A program made the position numbers and the translations under genes. A DNA stretch of 64,000 bases from the NCBI GenBank assembly GCA_009783315.1, contig WRHI01000003.1, positions 1,417-65,416 on the forward strand, given 5' to 3'. Position 1 is the stretch's first letter, and each line of letters opens with the position of its first letter. The stretch is from Peptococcaceae bacterium. GTDB taxonomy: Bacteria; Bacillota; Desulfitobacteriia; Desulfitobacteriales; Syntrophobotulaceae. Shown here piece by piece: positions 51,063 through 61,400 of this stretch. The notes below the pieces were generated by a model. That model saw nothing but the letters and a program-made list of their open reading frames with translations, was not told the origin of the DNA and ran no database searches.

Positions 51063-51965
51063 ATGAAATTCCCAAAACTCTTTTCTTGGCGCATCGCGGG
51101 AACAACCGTGCGGATTCACCCGACGTTTTGGGTGCTGCTGCCTTTGGGATTGCTTGGCGGCAGGCTCATGGAGATCTTGGCAGTGTTCGGACTGGTGCTT
51201 ATGCATGAAACAGCCCATGTTTTGGCGGCGCGCAGTTTTGGGGCTGTGACCCAGTCGGTGGAGCTCTACCCGTATGGGGGTTCGGCCATCATGGAAGGAG
51301 ACTTCGAGGGGAAGCGCTGGGAAGAAAGTGTTATTGCCTTGGCGGGGCCTGCTTTTAATTTTTTCTGTTTTTTGGTGTTGCAGGTTTTGCGTTGGCAGGG
51401 CTGGGTGAGTGGCGATTGGGCTTTGGAGTGGGCCAAAGTTAACCTCTGGCTTGCCGGGTTTAACTGTCTGCCTATACTGCCTTTAGACGGCGGGCGTGTT
51501 GTGCGGGCGCAATTGGCCGGGGTGTTTGGGTTCGTTCGGGTGACCCGGGCTTTGGCCTGGCTGGGACGGTGGACGGGGGTGGCTTTCGTGATCCTGGGCC
51601 TGAGTTTGCTTGTGTATCCGTTGGCTTTCCCGGAACCGATTATGTTGATTGTGCTGGGGATTTTTCTTTGGATCGGCTGCGGCGATGAATTGAAGAAAGC
51701 CCGCCTGATCTTTCTGAAAACCCTTTGCCGTAAAAAAGAGCTGCTGCTTCGGCGGGGTCTTATGCGCAGCATCTGTTTGACGGTCAACCGCAAGACGCCT
51801 CTCGGCCTTGTGGTGGACGAGCTTGCGGCCGATCGCTACAGTTTGATTTCCGTCACGGGGGCCCGGGATCATCTTGAGCATACGTTGAGTGAGACGGAGG
51901 TTATTGCGGCCTTGATTGAGAAAGGGCCGGATGGGTTGATTGGAGAAATTGCCCGGAGATCGTGA
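51063..51965 (+). CDS. spoIVFB: site-2 metalloprotease SpoIVFB (M50B) with C-terminal CBS domain
   Basis: Has HETAHVLAAR (HExxH) and NCLPILPLDGGRV (NxxPxxxLDG), with 6 TM helices. Confidence 0.8.
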   Translation: MKFPKLFSWRIAGTTVRIHPTFWVLLPLGLLGGRLMEILAVFGLVLMHETAHVLAARSFGAVTQSVELYPYGGSAIMEGDFEGKRWEESVIALAGPAFNFFCFLVLQVLRWQGWVSGDWALEWAKVNLWLAGFNCLPILPLDGGRVVRAQLAGVFGFVRVTRALAWLGRWTGVAFVILGLSLLVYPLAFPEPIMLIVLGIFLWIGCGDELKKARLIFLKTLCRKKELLLRRGLMRSICLTVNRKTPLGLVVDELAADRYSLISVTGARDHLEHTLSETEVIAALIEKGPDGLIGEIARRS

Positions 51966-51995
51966 CAGCATTCCCCCAATCAGGTTTGTCTATAG

Positions 51996-53540
51996 TCATT
52001 GTACCCAAACAGCATATATTGTAACGTGTCTGGCAATGAGCCTATCGTAGTTGCCGCCGGGCAGATAATCCGGTTCCGAGGCACCGGGGTCGTTGGCCCA
52101 ACCCAGGAAAGTGAAGCCGGGACGTGTAGGTTTTATGTCGGGCAGTGTGGTTGGTTCAAGGGTGTATGATCTGTAGATAGAATCGGGAGCGCCTGTGCCC
52201 CCGTTCGGGTCAAAGATGATTCTGGATTGCCAGTCCGCGTGCAAGGTGATATTTGCGTCAATGTCAAATACGTCACCTGGCTGGAAGTTTCTGCCGTCCG
52301 CGATCCAACCCATGAAGTCCATGTTGTCGCGTTCGGGGAAAATATTGCTCAGGTTAAGAGCCTCGCCCTTTGTTTTCGTTTGTGGTTCAATAGCAGGGTA
52401 CCCAAAATTCATTTTGTAACTGATGGTATATGTGGTTGAGACATCAATGATTTCAGTGCGGCTATCCGGTATTGCCGCGCTTTCCGGCGCAGCTAGGGCA
52501 CGCCCGGAGGAGGCCCCCAGCAGGCAGGCCGCCCCAATCGATATCATGAGAATCATGGCGGAAGCCATAAGATCGGAACCCTTAGGCGCTTTGTATTTCA
52601 TGATGGACAACAACCGTTCCTGCAGAGATTTTCTTTCCTCGCACAAGGTTGTGGCAAGAACTGCCTTAGAAGCCGTGACCTTGTCGGCCATGGCAATCAA
52701 GGTATCGCCATAAATTTTTCTTTCACTGACACCAAAATGGCGAATAACGGAGACATCACAAGCGAGTTCGCAGGCGCGGCTGATTTCGCGTCGGGCCAAC
52801 CAGACTATGGGATTGAACCAGTGCAGGGAACAGGCCAGCATTGTCAGCCATTTGCCGAAGACATCCCGTCTGCGCTGGTGCGCCAGTTCGTGCAGCAGGA
52901 TGTTTCTCAACTGATAATTGGTGTATTCCCGGTCGGGGAGGATGATCCTAGGCCGGAACAGTCCGACCAGCATGGGAGTTGCGGCTAGAGGACAGAGGTA
53001 CAGGCGCGGTGGGTGCTTGCCGGCGCACAGTCCGGCGAGAGTATCGGGGTTCGATAGGCTAACAACTTTGCGAAACCGGATTTTGCCTCTGAAATAGGCG
53101 TACCCGACGAGATTGTATAGAAGTTGAACCATGACCCCAAAGGGGTAAACAACCATGAAGCCAGTATTGACTTTGGTGAACAGATCAGGTTTCTCCGCAA
53201 GGGAAGAAACATCATAGGTATTGATAACACCTGTTGCGTCGACAGGAACCAAACTGGTGTGGCTTGCTTCTTCAGCGGCGGATGGGATCTTGTGTCCAAT
53301 GACAGAATGAATCTGGGTCAGTGTGATATTGGTTCCTGTGGCAGGAAGAACAACAATCTTGGATACAGGAATCAAGAAAGCCGCGAGAACCACAAACCAG
53401 AGAGCGTGCTGGGCGGCTTTGGGAATGCGATGGCGTATAAGAGGTCTGATCAGCATAAAGGTCAACGTGAGCACACTGCCGGAAAGTGACATGACAAGAA
53501 TTGTTCTAACGAGATCCATGAAGGTGTCCGGAGCACTCAT
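51996..53540 (-). CDS. BlaR1/MecR1-type M56 peptidase signal transducer with two extracellular Listeria-Bacteroides repeat domains in place of a penicillin-binding sensor
   Basis: N-terminal TM region with HELAHQRRRD (HExxH). The C-terminus reads YTISYKMN...FMGWIADG...ITLHADW and IIFDPNGGTGAP...PTRPGFTFLGWANDP...VTIYAVW. Confidence 0.8.
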   Translation of the reverse strand: MSAPDTFMDLVRTILVMSLSGSVLTLTFMLIRPLIRHRIPKAAQHALWFVVLAAFLIPVSKIVVLPATGTNITLTQIHSVIGHKIPSAAEEASHTSLVPVDATGVINTYDVSSLAEKPDLFTKVNTGFMVVYPFGVMVQLLYNLVGYAYFRGKIRFRKVVSLSNPDTLAGLCAGKHPPRLYLCPLAATPMLVGLFRPRIILPDREYTNYQLRNILLHELAHQRRRDVFGKWLTMLACSLHWFNPIVWLARREISRACELACDVSVIRHFGVSERKIYGDTLIAMADKVTASKAVLATTLCEERKSLQERLLSIMKYKAPKGSDLMASAMILMISIGAACLLGASSGRALAAPESAAIPDSRTEIIDVSTTYTISYKMNFGYPAIEPQTKTKGEALNLSNIFPERDNMDFMGWIADGRNFQPGDVFDIDANITLHADWQSRIIFDPNGGTGAPDSIYRSYTLEPTTLPDIKPTRPGFTFLGWANDPGASEPDYLPGGNYDRLIARHVTIYAVWVQ

Positions 53541-53744
53541 ATCTATTTACCTCCATCCTCCGTTATGGCTGCCCAAGCGCCGACTGGCACGCAATTACCA
53601 CAAGCGTATCCTTGCCGATATGATTGCGGGCATACTTTTGCCTCCTGTCCTGTGGATGCGGAACGCTCGTTTGAATTAGACGGGTCTTCAATATAAACCA
53701 TACTACAACTGAAAGAAGGCTTCGTCAATGGAAGTAACTACCAC

Positions 53745-53773
53745 TTGACGCATCAATGCCACTTTGGTAGCAT
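53745..53773 (+). promoter_or_regulatory. candidate sigma-A promoter of the first giant surface-protein gene
   Basis: TTGACG, a 17 nt spacer, then TAGCAT. The flanks (taccacTTG...gTAGCATg.acaca) recur at 58295-58323. Confidence 0.45.
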
Positions 53774-53849
53774 GGACACATGAATCCCACGTGCGTGGCA
53801 CAAAAGTCTTCAAGTTTAAAACGAAAAAATCCATGGGAGATGATTCGGC

Positions 53850-56800
53850 ATGAAACCAAAGCCCCGTTGGTTAACTTTCCTGTCTTCTTTTGCCTTAGTC
53901 TTGTTTCTGAGCTTGTATGGTTCTGTCGCTGATGTTCATGGGGCCGACCCTCAGGAGAAGACAGTAACGGTTAAATTTATCAGTTATAATGGAATCGAAC
54001 AAGTGATTAACAGCGAAGTGACCCGGACAATAACTGTCGGAGAGACCATGATGATCCTTGTTCCGGAGCTGAGTGATTATCCTGGCGGCTGGGTTCCCCG
54101 GGGATGGGTTGATTCTCCGGAAGCCACTTCCGAAGGTATTAATCCGGAGCAGATTCAAACCATTTGGACATCTGACGATATGATTTTCTATGGTGTCTAT
54201 GAACGGCAGGTCAAGCTGATCTTTGAGACCGGCAGCGAGGATGTGCAGGCACCGGAGAATGCATCATGTCAGCAATTCGTTAACAGTTCAGACGTGACCA
54301 GAACTTATGGGGGTCAGACCTTCCGGCTGCCGTCAGAAGTCATCAAAACGAATGCGAATTTTGGCGGTTGGGTTGTCAACGACAGCAATGGCGCGAAGTA
54401 CCCGCCGGAGAGCTGGGCGATCATTGGCTTGCATGGTGCCGACAGCGCCACGATGCAGGCGGTGTGGGAGCCCATTATCTATACGATCCATTACAACAGG
54501 AACGGGAGTACCATGCAGACGCCTCCTGATCAAAAGAAAGCAGCCGGAGAACCCATTATCCTGGCGGAAATGACTCGCGATAATATGGTCTTTAAAGGAT
54601 GGGCCCGTACTTCGGGTAATCCCATTCCTCAATACCCTGTGGATACGTTGTTCAATGATGATAATCAGTTTGACGCGGACGGGAACCTGACTTTATATGC
54701 AGTGTGGCATTATGGAATTTCCTATGATGCAAACGTAGACGAGGGCGATCTTGTCAAGGATTTTCCGGACGATTTTACAGTTGAGTTCACAAACAATCCG
54801 ACAACATTATCTGCGCAGAAGCCGGAACGACAGGGCTATACCTTCCTGGGCTGGGCCAGGTCTGAGAATGCGACAGTGGCGGATTATCATGAAGGTCATA
54901 ACTTTGAGCCGTTGCGTGAAACTTTATACCTGTACGCTGTATGGGAAAGAGATGCTCTTTTAAGTCCTCCCACTGTTTATTCACAGGAAGAATTGCCGTC
55001 AGACTTTGACGTGTATCTGTGCATCGGACAGTCCAATATGGCAGGGTATGGCGCTTCTCCTGAAGACCAGGATCTGTTCGCGATCCCCAACGCTCTCCTG
55101 TTTAATGGAGAACAGTGGCAAACAGCCCAGTTTGATAACGAGAACACGAATCTGGGGTTGAACCGATATAACAATGTTGGGAATCCCTTAGCCGAAAACG
55201 GTCTCAACCCGGCTTTCTATTTTGCTGATACGATGCAGGTCCATTCCCCGGGAAAAACAATCGGCATTATTTCTGACGCTAGGGGAGGTTCTTCCATATC
55301 ACAATGGGCCAGAGGCGGCGATGCAGGCAGAGAATACTTCAGGTCCGCGTGTGAGATGACTCATAAGGCCTTGGAGCAGGGCGGTACGCTGAGGGGAATT
55401 CTCTGGCTGCAGGGTGAGGCGGATCTTACTTTGAACGTGAATGGCAACAATTTGGCGCTCTATATGGAGAGACTGAATAGTCTTGTGGATAATCTGCGCG
55501 ATGAACTGGGGGTTTCGGCGGAACAATGCCCTTTCATCGCGGGAGAGATTCCGTACACGTATACAAGTAACAACATGTACAGTACCTATGACTTCAACAG
55601 CATTCTTTGGAGTTTTACCAACCCGGAACGGAATACAGACTATGTTTCCGCTGCCGGGGAATTGGCATACAGGCAGACTCCGGAGGATCCCGCGGCCGGC
55701 GGGTTGCTGTCGCAGCAAGGGGATCCCACCCATTTCAGCACCTCATCCCAGCGTGAAATGGGCAAACGTTTTGCCGAAAAAATGCTGGACATGCAGTCCA
55801 AAACTTACACTGTCACGTATGACTATTGGGAAAATGGCGGTAATACCGTATCACAACCGATGGTGACGGCGCCCATTGGCACTGAGATCGATCTGACGAT
55901 TTCCAGGGCCACCAGAGAAGGCTGGGCGTTTGTTGGCTGGCACTGGGATCCGGACGCTGAGGAAAAGATGGATTCCTTCACCATGCCCGGGCGCGATGTG
56001 ACGTTGTACGCTATCTATAAGAAAGAGCTGAAGGCAAGTCTTGTTTATTATGAAGGAGCAGAGAAAGTAACCGAAGAGGTTATCAGGGAAATTTTTAATA
56101 AAGATACCAGCGGCAGCCTTCCTTTCCCGATACCGAATTGTGACGGTTGGACGTTCAGAGGATGGACAACAAAAGATATTCCGAACGCTTCTGCGACCGG
56201 CATCATCAGTTCCATGATAATAACCGCCAACATGCCGACTCAAACGTATTATGGTTTGTATGTGCGCGGATTGACTGTCAGTTTCAATGCTGACGGCGGC
56301 GTGCCGGTACCGATCAACCAGACGGGTCGGCCGCAGTATTTCAACAGTTTTGACATCGAGAATAAAACGTGTCCAACGGTTACCCTGGCCGGACCGGTCT
56401 CGAAACAGGGCTTTGACTTCGAGGGTTGGGTTAACGATGTAACCGGCGAATTGTTTGACGCAAACACTGTTATTTATCCCGCCGATCATGAGTCGTATGC
56501 GGCCAGATGGAAATCGGCGCAATCGGATTGGATACTCGTTATAAGCGATGATTTTTCAGGAAATGTACTCAATTCGGAAAACTGGGGATCTCAAAGTCCG
56601 GGCAGCACGAAATTCGGGGTTGAGAACGACAGGTTGTTCATGGGAGACGGTCGTTTTGTCTGGCTTAATGACCAGAACGCTCTGACAGACTATGCTGTGG
56701 AGTTTGCCGTAACAAAGGAAAATCAATACTTCCCGAATTCTTATCTGACCCTCCAATTCAGCAATTCAGAACTCCTGATTTTGCATAAATTATGGTTCAA

Positions 56801-58133
56801 GCCAACCGGCTATGGTATTGTCTCCAGCTCGGCACCGGCGCTGCCGTTGTCATATAAGGGAACGGATGTGGGCGAGACGGTTTATATAAGAGTGGAGGTT
56901 GTTGACGGCCAGATTACTGTTTTCACAAAAGACTCGCCTGGGGAACAATACCAGCAGCAGGGCATTTCGTATGCGGTGGATGGTCTTGCGGATGTCCCCA
57001 CATTTGTCGGTTTTGTGAGTCAGGCAGTTGATCTGTCTATTGGGAGTTTCAGGCTCTATAAGCCGTATCAGGAACCCGCTGATAAAGAGACGGATGTAGC
57101 CCTCGGTATGTATTATTTTGGAGGCTGGTCCGTGAATTCATCTCCCAGTCTTCGCGATCCCTGGACGAAAGATAACAGCACCATTATGGAATATTATAAT
57201 GGTGAAAGGGAACCGTTACGCGGTTGGTATGATCTGAAGGATAATGTGGAGCTGGTCAATGAGCAGCTGGAATGGATGAGTCAATATGGCATTGATTTCA
57301 TCTCGTTTGCGTGGTACTGGAGCGCTGACAATGTGAAATTTGCCAATGCTCCGTGGGAAAATTGGGAACCGGATCATCCCGCGCTTAGCCCCGAGACGGC
57401 CATTCGTGCTTACTGGCAGACGGAGAACAGTTCCAGGATCCCCTACACGCTGTTGTGGTGCAATGAAGGTTCTTCTCCGTCTCCGCGGACACCGGGTGAA
57501 TGGGATGAAATGGTTGAGTACTGGATTGATCGCCATCTGAGCAATTCAAAGTACTATAAGATAGACGGGAAACCTGCCGTGTTTATAATCTCGCCGAAAC
57601 CATGGATGGCCGGTGTCATTGGCATGACGCCTGCCGACATGCTTCAGTATGCGAGGGATAAAGCGATTGAAAAGGGGCTGGAGGGTATATATTTTGTCGT
57701 CTGTACTGATATGAGTCGGGTGAACGATGCCATGCAGCTTGCTCCTGATGCTCTTACCGGTTATAGTTACAGGGCTCCCGACTGGACAGGTTATTCCGAT
57801 CTTGACGGAAATTCCCAGAGGCCTGGATACAGGGGGCAATGGAACAAAATCATGACGGACTCTACAATACCGTTCTTTGTACCCATGAGCGCCGGCAGGG
57901 ATGAAACCCCCTGGGGAGGGAGCAACTTGCCCTGCATGCCAACACCTGATGAATTTGAAACGCATCTGCGTGCCGGATACGATGTTATTACCGGCAATAT
58001 GGAAAAGACAAAAGGTATTGGGATGCTATATGCCTGGGACGAGTACGGGGAAGGCGGGTTTATCGAACCGACCCGGGTGCGGGGATTCAAGTTTTTGGAG
58101 CGCATTCATAGGATTTTTAGAGAAAGGGAATAA
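53850..58133 (+). CDS. secreted multidomain protein: N-terminal paralog module, Listeria-Bacteroides repeats, SASA-type (sialate O-acetylesterase-like) esterase, LamG/DUF1080-like lectin fold, C-terminal glycoside-hydrolase-like (WbsX/GH99-like, tentative) domain
   Basis: 1427 aa with a signal peptide. The SASA motif is CIGQSNMAGYG...LWLQGEAD...HFS. There are several ...GW......LYA(V/I)(W/Y) Flg_new repeats. The C-terminal region reads GMYYFGGW...GWYDL...QYGIDFISFAWYW. Confidence 0.8.
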   Translation: MKPKPRWLTFLSSFALVLFLSLYGSVADVHGADPQEKTVTVKFISYNGIEQVINSEVTRTITVGETMMILVPELSDYPGGWVPRGWVDSPEATSEGINPEQIQTIWTSDDMIFYGVYERQVKLIFETGSEDVQAPENASCQQFVNSSDVTRTYGGQTFRLPSEVIKTNANFGGWVVNDSNGAKYPPESWAIIGLHGADSATMQAVWEPIIYTIHYNRNGSTMQTPPDQKKAAGEPIILAEMTRDNMVFKGWARTSGNPIPQYPVDTLFNDDNQFDADGNLTLYAVWHYGISYDANVDEGDLVKDFPDDFTVEFTNNPTTLSAQKPERQGYTFLGWARSENATVADYHEGHNFEPLRETLYLYAVWERDALLSPPTVYSQEELPSDFDVYLCIGQSNMAGYGASPEDQDLFAIPNALLFNGEQWQTAQFDNENTNLGLNRYNNVGNPLAENGLNPAFYFADTMQVHSPGKTIGIISDARGGSSISQWARGGDAGREYFRSACEMTHKALEQGGTLRGILWLQGEADLTLNVNGNNLALYMERLNSLVDNLRDELGVSAEQCPFIAGEIPYTYTSNNMYSTYDFNSILWSFTNPERNTDYVSAAGELAYRQTPEDPAAGGLLSQQGDPTHFSTSSQREMGKRFAEKMLDMQSKTYTVTYDYWENGGNTVSQPMVTAPIGTEIDLTISRATREGWAFVGWHWDPDAEEKMDSFTMPGRDVTLYAIYKKELKASLVYYEGAEKVTEEVIREIFNKDTSGSLPFPIPNCDGWTFRGWTTKDIPNASATGIISSMIITANMPTQTYYGLYVRGLTVSFNADGGVPVPINQTGRPQYFNSFDIENKTCPTVTLAGPVSKQGFDFEGWVNDVTGELFDANTVIYPADHESYAARWKSAQSDWILVISDDFSGNVLNSENWGSQSPGSTKFGVENDRLFMGDGRFVWLNDQNALTDYAVEFAVTKENQYFPNSYLTLQFSNSELLILHKLWFKPTGYGIVSSSAPALPLSYKGTDVGETVYIRVEVVDGQITVFTKDSPGEQYQQQGISYAVDGLADVPTFVGFVSQAVDLSIGSFRLYKPYQEPADKETDVALGMYYFGGWSVNSSPSLRDPWTKDNSTIMEYYNGEREPLRGWYDLKDNVELVNEQLEWMSQYGIDFISFAWYWSADNVKFANAPWENWEPDHPALSPETAIRAYWQTENSSRIPYTLLWCNEGSSPSPRTPGEWDEMVEYWIDRHLSNSKYYKIDGKPAVFIISPKPWMAGVIGMTPADMLQYARDKAIEKGLEGIYFVVCTDMSRVNDAMQLAPDALTGYSYRAPDWTGYSDLDGNSQRPGYRGQWNKIMTDSTIPFFVPMSAGRDETPWGGSNLPCMPTPDEFETHLRAGYDVITGNMEKTKGIGMLYAWDEYGEGGFIEPTRVRGFKFLERIHRIFRERE

Positions 58134-58165
58134 GAAATTAATCTCGTAAATGAGTCCGATCTGAC

Positions 58166-58203
58166 AAGATCCCGCCCATCCATTCGGATGGGCGGGATCT
58201 TGG
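58166..58203 (+). terminator. strong hairpin downstream of the first giant gene
   Basis: aagatcccgcccatcc-attc-ggatgggcgggatctt. The stem is 16 bp and there is no clear U-tract. Confidence 0.5.
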
Positions 58204-58294
58204 CTTGTAAGTGGAAGGGGATTATCAAGACAGTGCGACATAATGAATACCTTTCAGTGAGAGGGACAGGAGGCTATCTTGTAGAATTTACCAC

Positions 58295-58323
58295 TTGCAA
58301 AAAGGTGCTACAGAGAGTAGCAT
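58295..58323 (+). promoter_or_regulatory. candidate sigma-A promoter of the second giant surface-protein gene
   Basis: TTGCAA, a 17 nt spacer, then TAGCAT. It shares flanking bases with 53745-53773. Confidence 0.45.
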
Positions 58324-58478
58324 GATACACATAGGCGACTACCTGTCGTACAGAAGGATAGGTTTGAGATGTGACCCTGAAAAAGGGAAGAGACTGAGAG
58401 GTGAAGGAAAAGGATAAGGCAAGCGGCAGCATTGTCCGGATCAGGGCTTCGGCCCATACGTTAAGAAAGAGATAGGAG

Positions 58479-61400
58479 ATGATTGTATTGAAGAGAAGTA
58501 TGCGCGTTTCCTTTGCGTTCGTATTTGCATTATTTGTTATTCCATTATGGTTTGTTTCGGACGTCTGTGCGGCAGAGCCTCAGGAGAAGACAGTGACAGT
58601 CACCTTCACCAGTTATGATGGAAACGCACAAGTGGAAAACGCCAGAGAAACCCGAACGATATACAACGGGGTAAGCGAGATGATCCCGGTGCCGCCGTTG
58701 AGCGATTATCCCGACGGCTGGGAAGCCCGGGGTTGGGTCGCATCAGAGACGGCCACATCCAGCTGTATTGATCCGCGATTGATAACGTCCCTTTGGATAT
58801 CTGACGACATCACTTTTTACGGAGTGTATGAACGGCAGGTTGAACTGGCTTTTGATACCGGCGACAACAATGTGCAGGCGCCGGCTAATGCGTCCTGTCC
58901 GCAATTTGTCAACAGTTCCGACGTTACCAGAATGTATGGCGGACGAACCTTCCTTTTACCACCGGGAGTCATCTGGAAGGGCACGACATTCGATGGCTGG
59001 GCGTTAAACAATCTCGACGGCACGAAATACCCGGCAGAGAGCCTGATTTCTATTGATTTACAGGGCGCTGGCGGCGCTACGATGCATGCCGTGCTGAAAT
59101 ACACGATCAGATACAATGGGGTTGGCGGTACTGACCTAGCCGATCAAACGAAAACCGTCGGAATGCCGATATCCCTGAGAGCGGAGGAACCTATTCGCAG
59201 CGGCCTGGTTTTTAAAGGATGGGCTTTGAATTCTTCGGATCCGGAACCGGAATATCTCAGAGGTCGGGAATTCGACGATGATGAGAAGTTCAAAAACGGG
59301 GAACTGCTCTTATATGCGGTATGGCATTCCCGGATCATTTTTGATGCAGCCGGCGGCAGCTTTGACGAGAATTTTGGCGCGGAGCTCGGCGCGGATTTCC
59401 GGGAGGACGGTCGGCCATTCATAACAAGGGCGTATTATTTCCAGGCAAAACCTCTGCCCGGGGGCGAACCCGCGTGGCCGGGCTACAAATTTCGGGGCTG
59501 GTCCCAGGATCCCGGTAATTCCAACGCGAGAGTGTATGCGAAAGGTGAAGATTTCGCAGAGCTGATATATGGGGATTATATTTTATGCGCGGTATGGGAA
59601 GCCGACGGCCCTCTCAGTCCGCCAATTATCTATGAAGCTGATGAGTTGCCGTCAAACTTCGACGTGTATCTGTGCATTGGAGCCTCCAACATGGCGGGGC
59701 AGAGCGCTGCTCCCGATCCTGAGGATCTCGTTTCGATTCCCGGTGTCCTGCTTTTTAACGGTACGCAATGGGAAACAGCGCAATTTGATTGGCGGAATCT
59801 GACCCAGGGCTTAAACCGCTACAACAATCTGGATTACTATAACAATGGAATAGCCAATCAGCTTGGCGCGGCCTTTTATTTCGCCAAAACTATGCAAGAA
59901 CAATCCCCCGGAAGAACAATCGGCATTGTCGCCGATGCCAGGGGTTCCTCAGATATAAACGACTGGAGCGAAGGCGGCGCTTGCTATAATGGGGCGGTCG
60001 CGATGACACAGGCCGCCCTAGAGGGCACGGGCGCCAAATTGAGAGGAATCATCATCCATCAGGGTACGACAGATTTTCTTACCGGAAGTCTGGATCCGGG
60101 GAATTATGCAAGAAAATTGAACGCTGTCGTGGATGCCCTGCGCACAAAGTTTGGCGTAACCGCGGCGGAATGTCCGTTTATTGCGGCGGAAATCCCGTAT
60201 GCGTGTGGCATCAATCCTGTGACGAACAGATTTTCAGACGAATATAACAGCCTTCTTCCATCTTTCGTAAACACCGCACGCAACACAGATTATGTTTCTG
60301 CCGCGGCGGATCAGAATATCCCGCAGAATCCGGCGAATCCTACAGCCGGAGGGCTGGAAACGCGGATCCAGGCCGGAGACGCGCCTCATTTTACGACCGC
60401 GTCGCAACGTGAAATGGGCAAGCGCTATGCTCTGAAAATGCTGGATATGCAGGCAGCCAGTCTCCTCACGTATACGATCACATTTGATCCGATGGGTGGC
60501 GTTTTCGATGAGGACTTTGACGCGGATATCGGCGAAGATGGTTTGGCATTCAGAACATGGCCGCATATCGACGGAGGAACCACGCTGCCCATGAGGGGGC
60601 CAAAGCTTGAGGGCCATACCTTCCAAGGCTGGACCGAAGACCCGGAGGAGTCGACAGTATCATATCCGCCTGGTACGATTCTGGCCGGAACCAATTTCAA
60701 TCGCAATCTTACGTTATTTGCTGTTTGGGAGGTCAATTCTGGTAGAGCTATCAGGATACTGGTCATCGGCAACAGCTATTCTCAGGACGGTATGGACTAT
60801 AATGATGGGGGTGGCAGCCATTTGTTTCAGCTTCTCAAGGAAGCAGGGTATACGGACATCACTTTGGGAATTTTGTACAGAGGCAGCTGCAGCCTGGAAC
60901 AGCATTGGGTCAGCGCTGCGAGTGAAAGCAACGACTATGAGTACCAGACATTGAGGTCTCAAACATCTTCCGGCGTCTGGGACAACACGTTCTCATCAGA
61001 AAAAAAGCCGCCGGAAAAGAAAACCATGCGCTATGGAATCAGAGACGAGGCCTGGGATGTTATTGTTCTCCAGCAAGTCAGCGGCTTCTCCCACGACGCG
61101 AATTCCTTTGATCCCTGGCTTAGTAGACTGATCGGCTATATCGATACCCATAAAACCAACCTGGATGTCCGCCTCGGCTGGCATATGACATGGGCATACG
61201 GGTTGATCGGAGAGACCGTTGGTACAGGCACACTGAAACCCACCCAGGCTGCGCAGGATATCATGTACAACAGCATCATATCCGCGGTGGAAAGAAAAAT
61301 TGTGGTCAATCCAGCCTTTGATTTTATCATTCCCACCGGCATCGCCATTCAGGAAATGCGCGGGCATGGATTGGGGTCCCGCCTGATTCGAGACCTCAAT

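Noticed and set aside
53543-53728. 61 aa minus-strand ORF upstream of the M56 protease as the expected BlaI/MecI repressor
   Set aside because: The sequence (MTKPSFSCSMVYIEDPSNSNERSAS...) has no winged-helix BlaI features and no RBS. Only the 12-codon ORF at 53595-53633 has a proper RBS.
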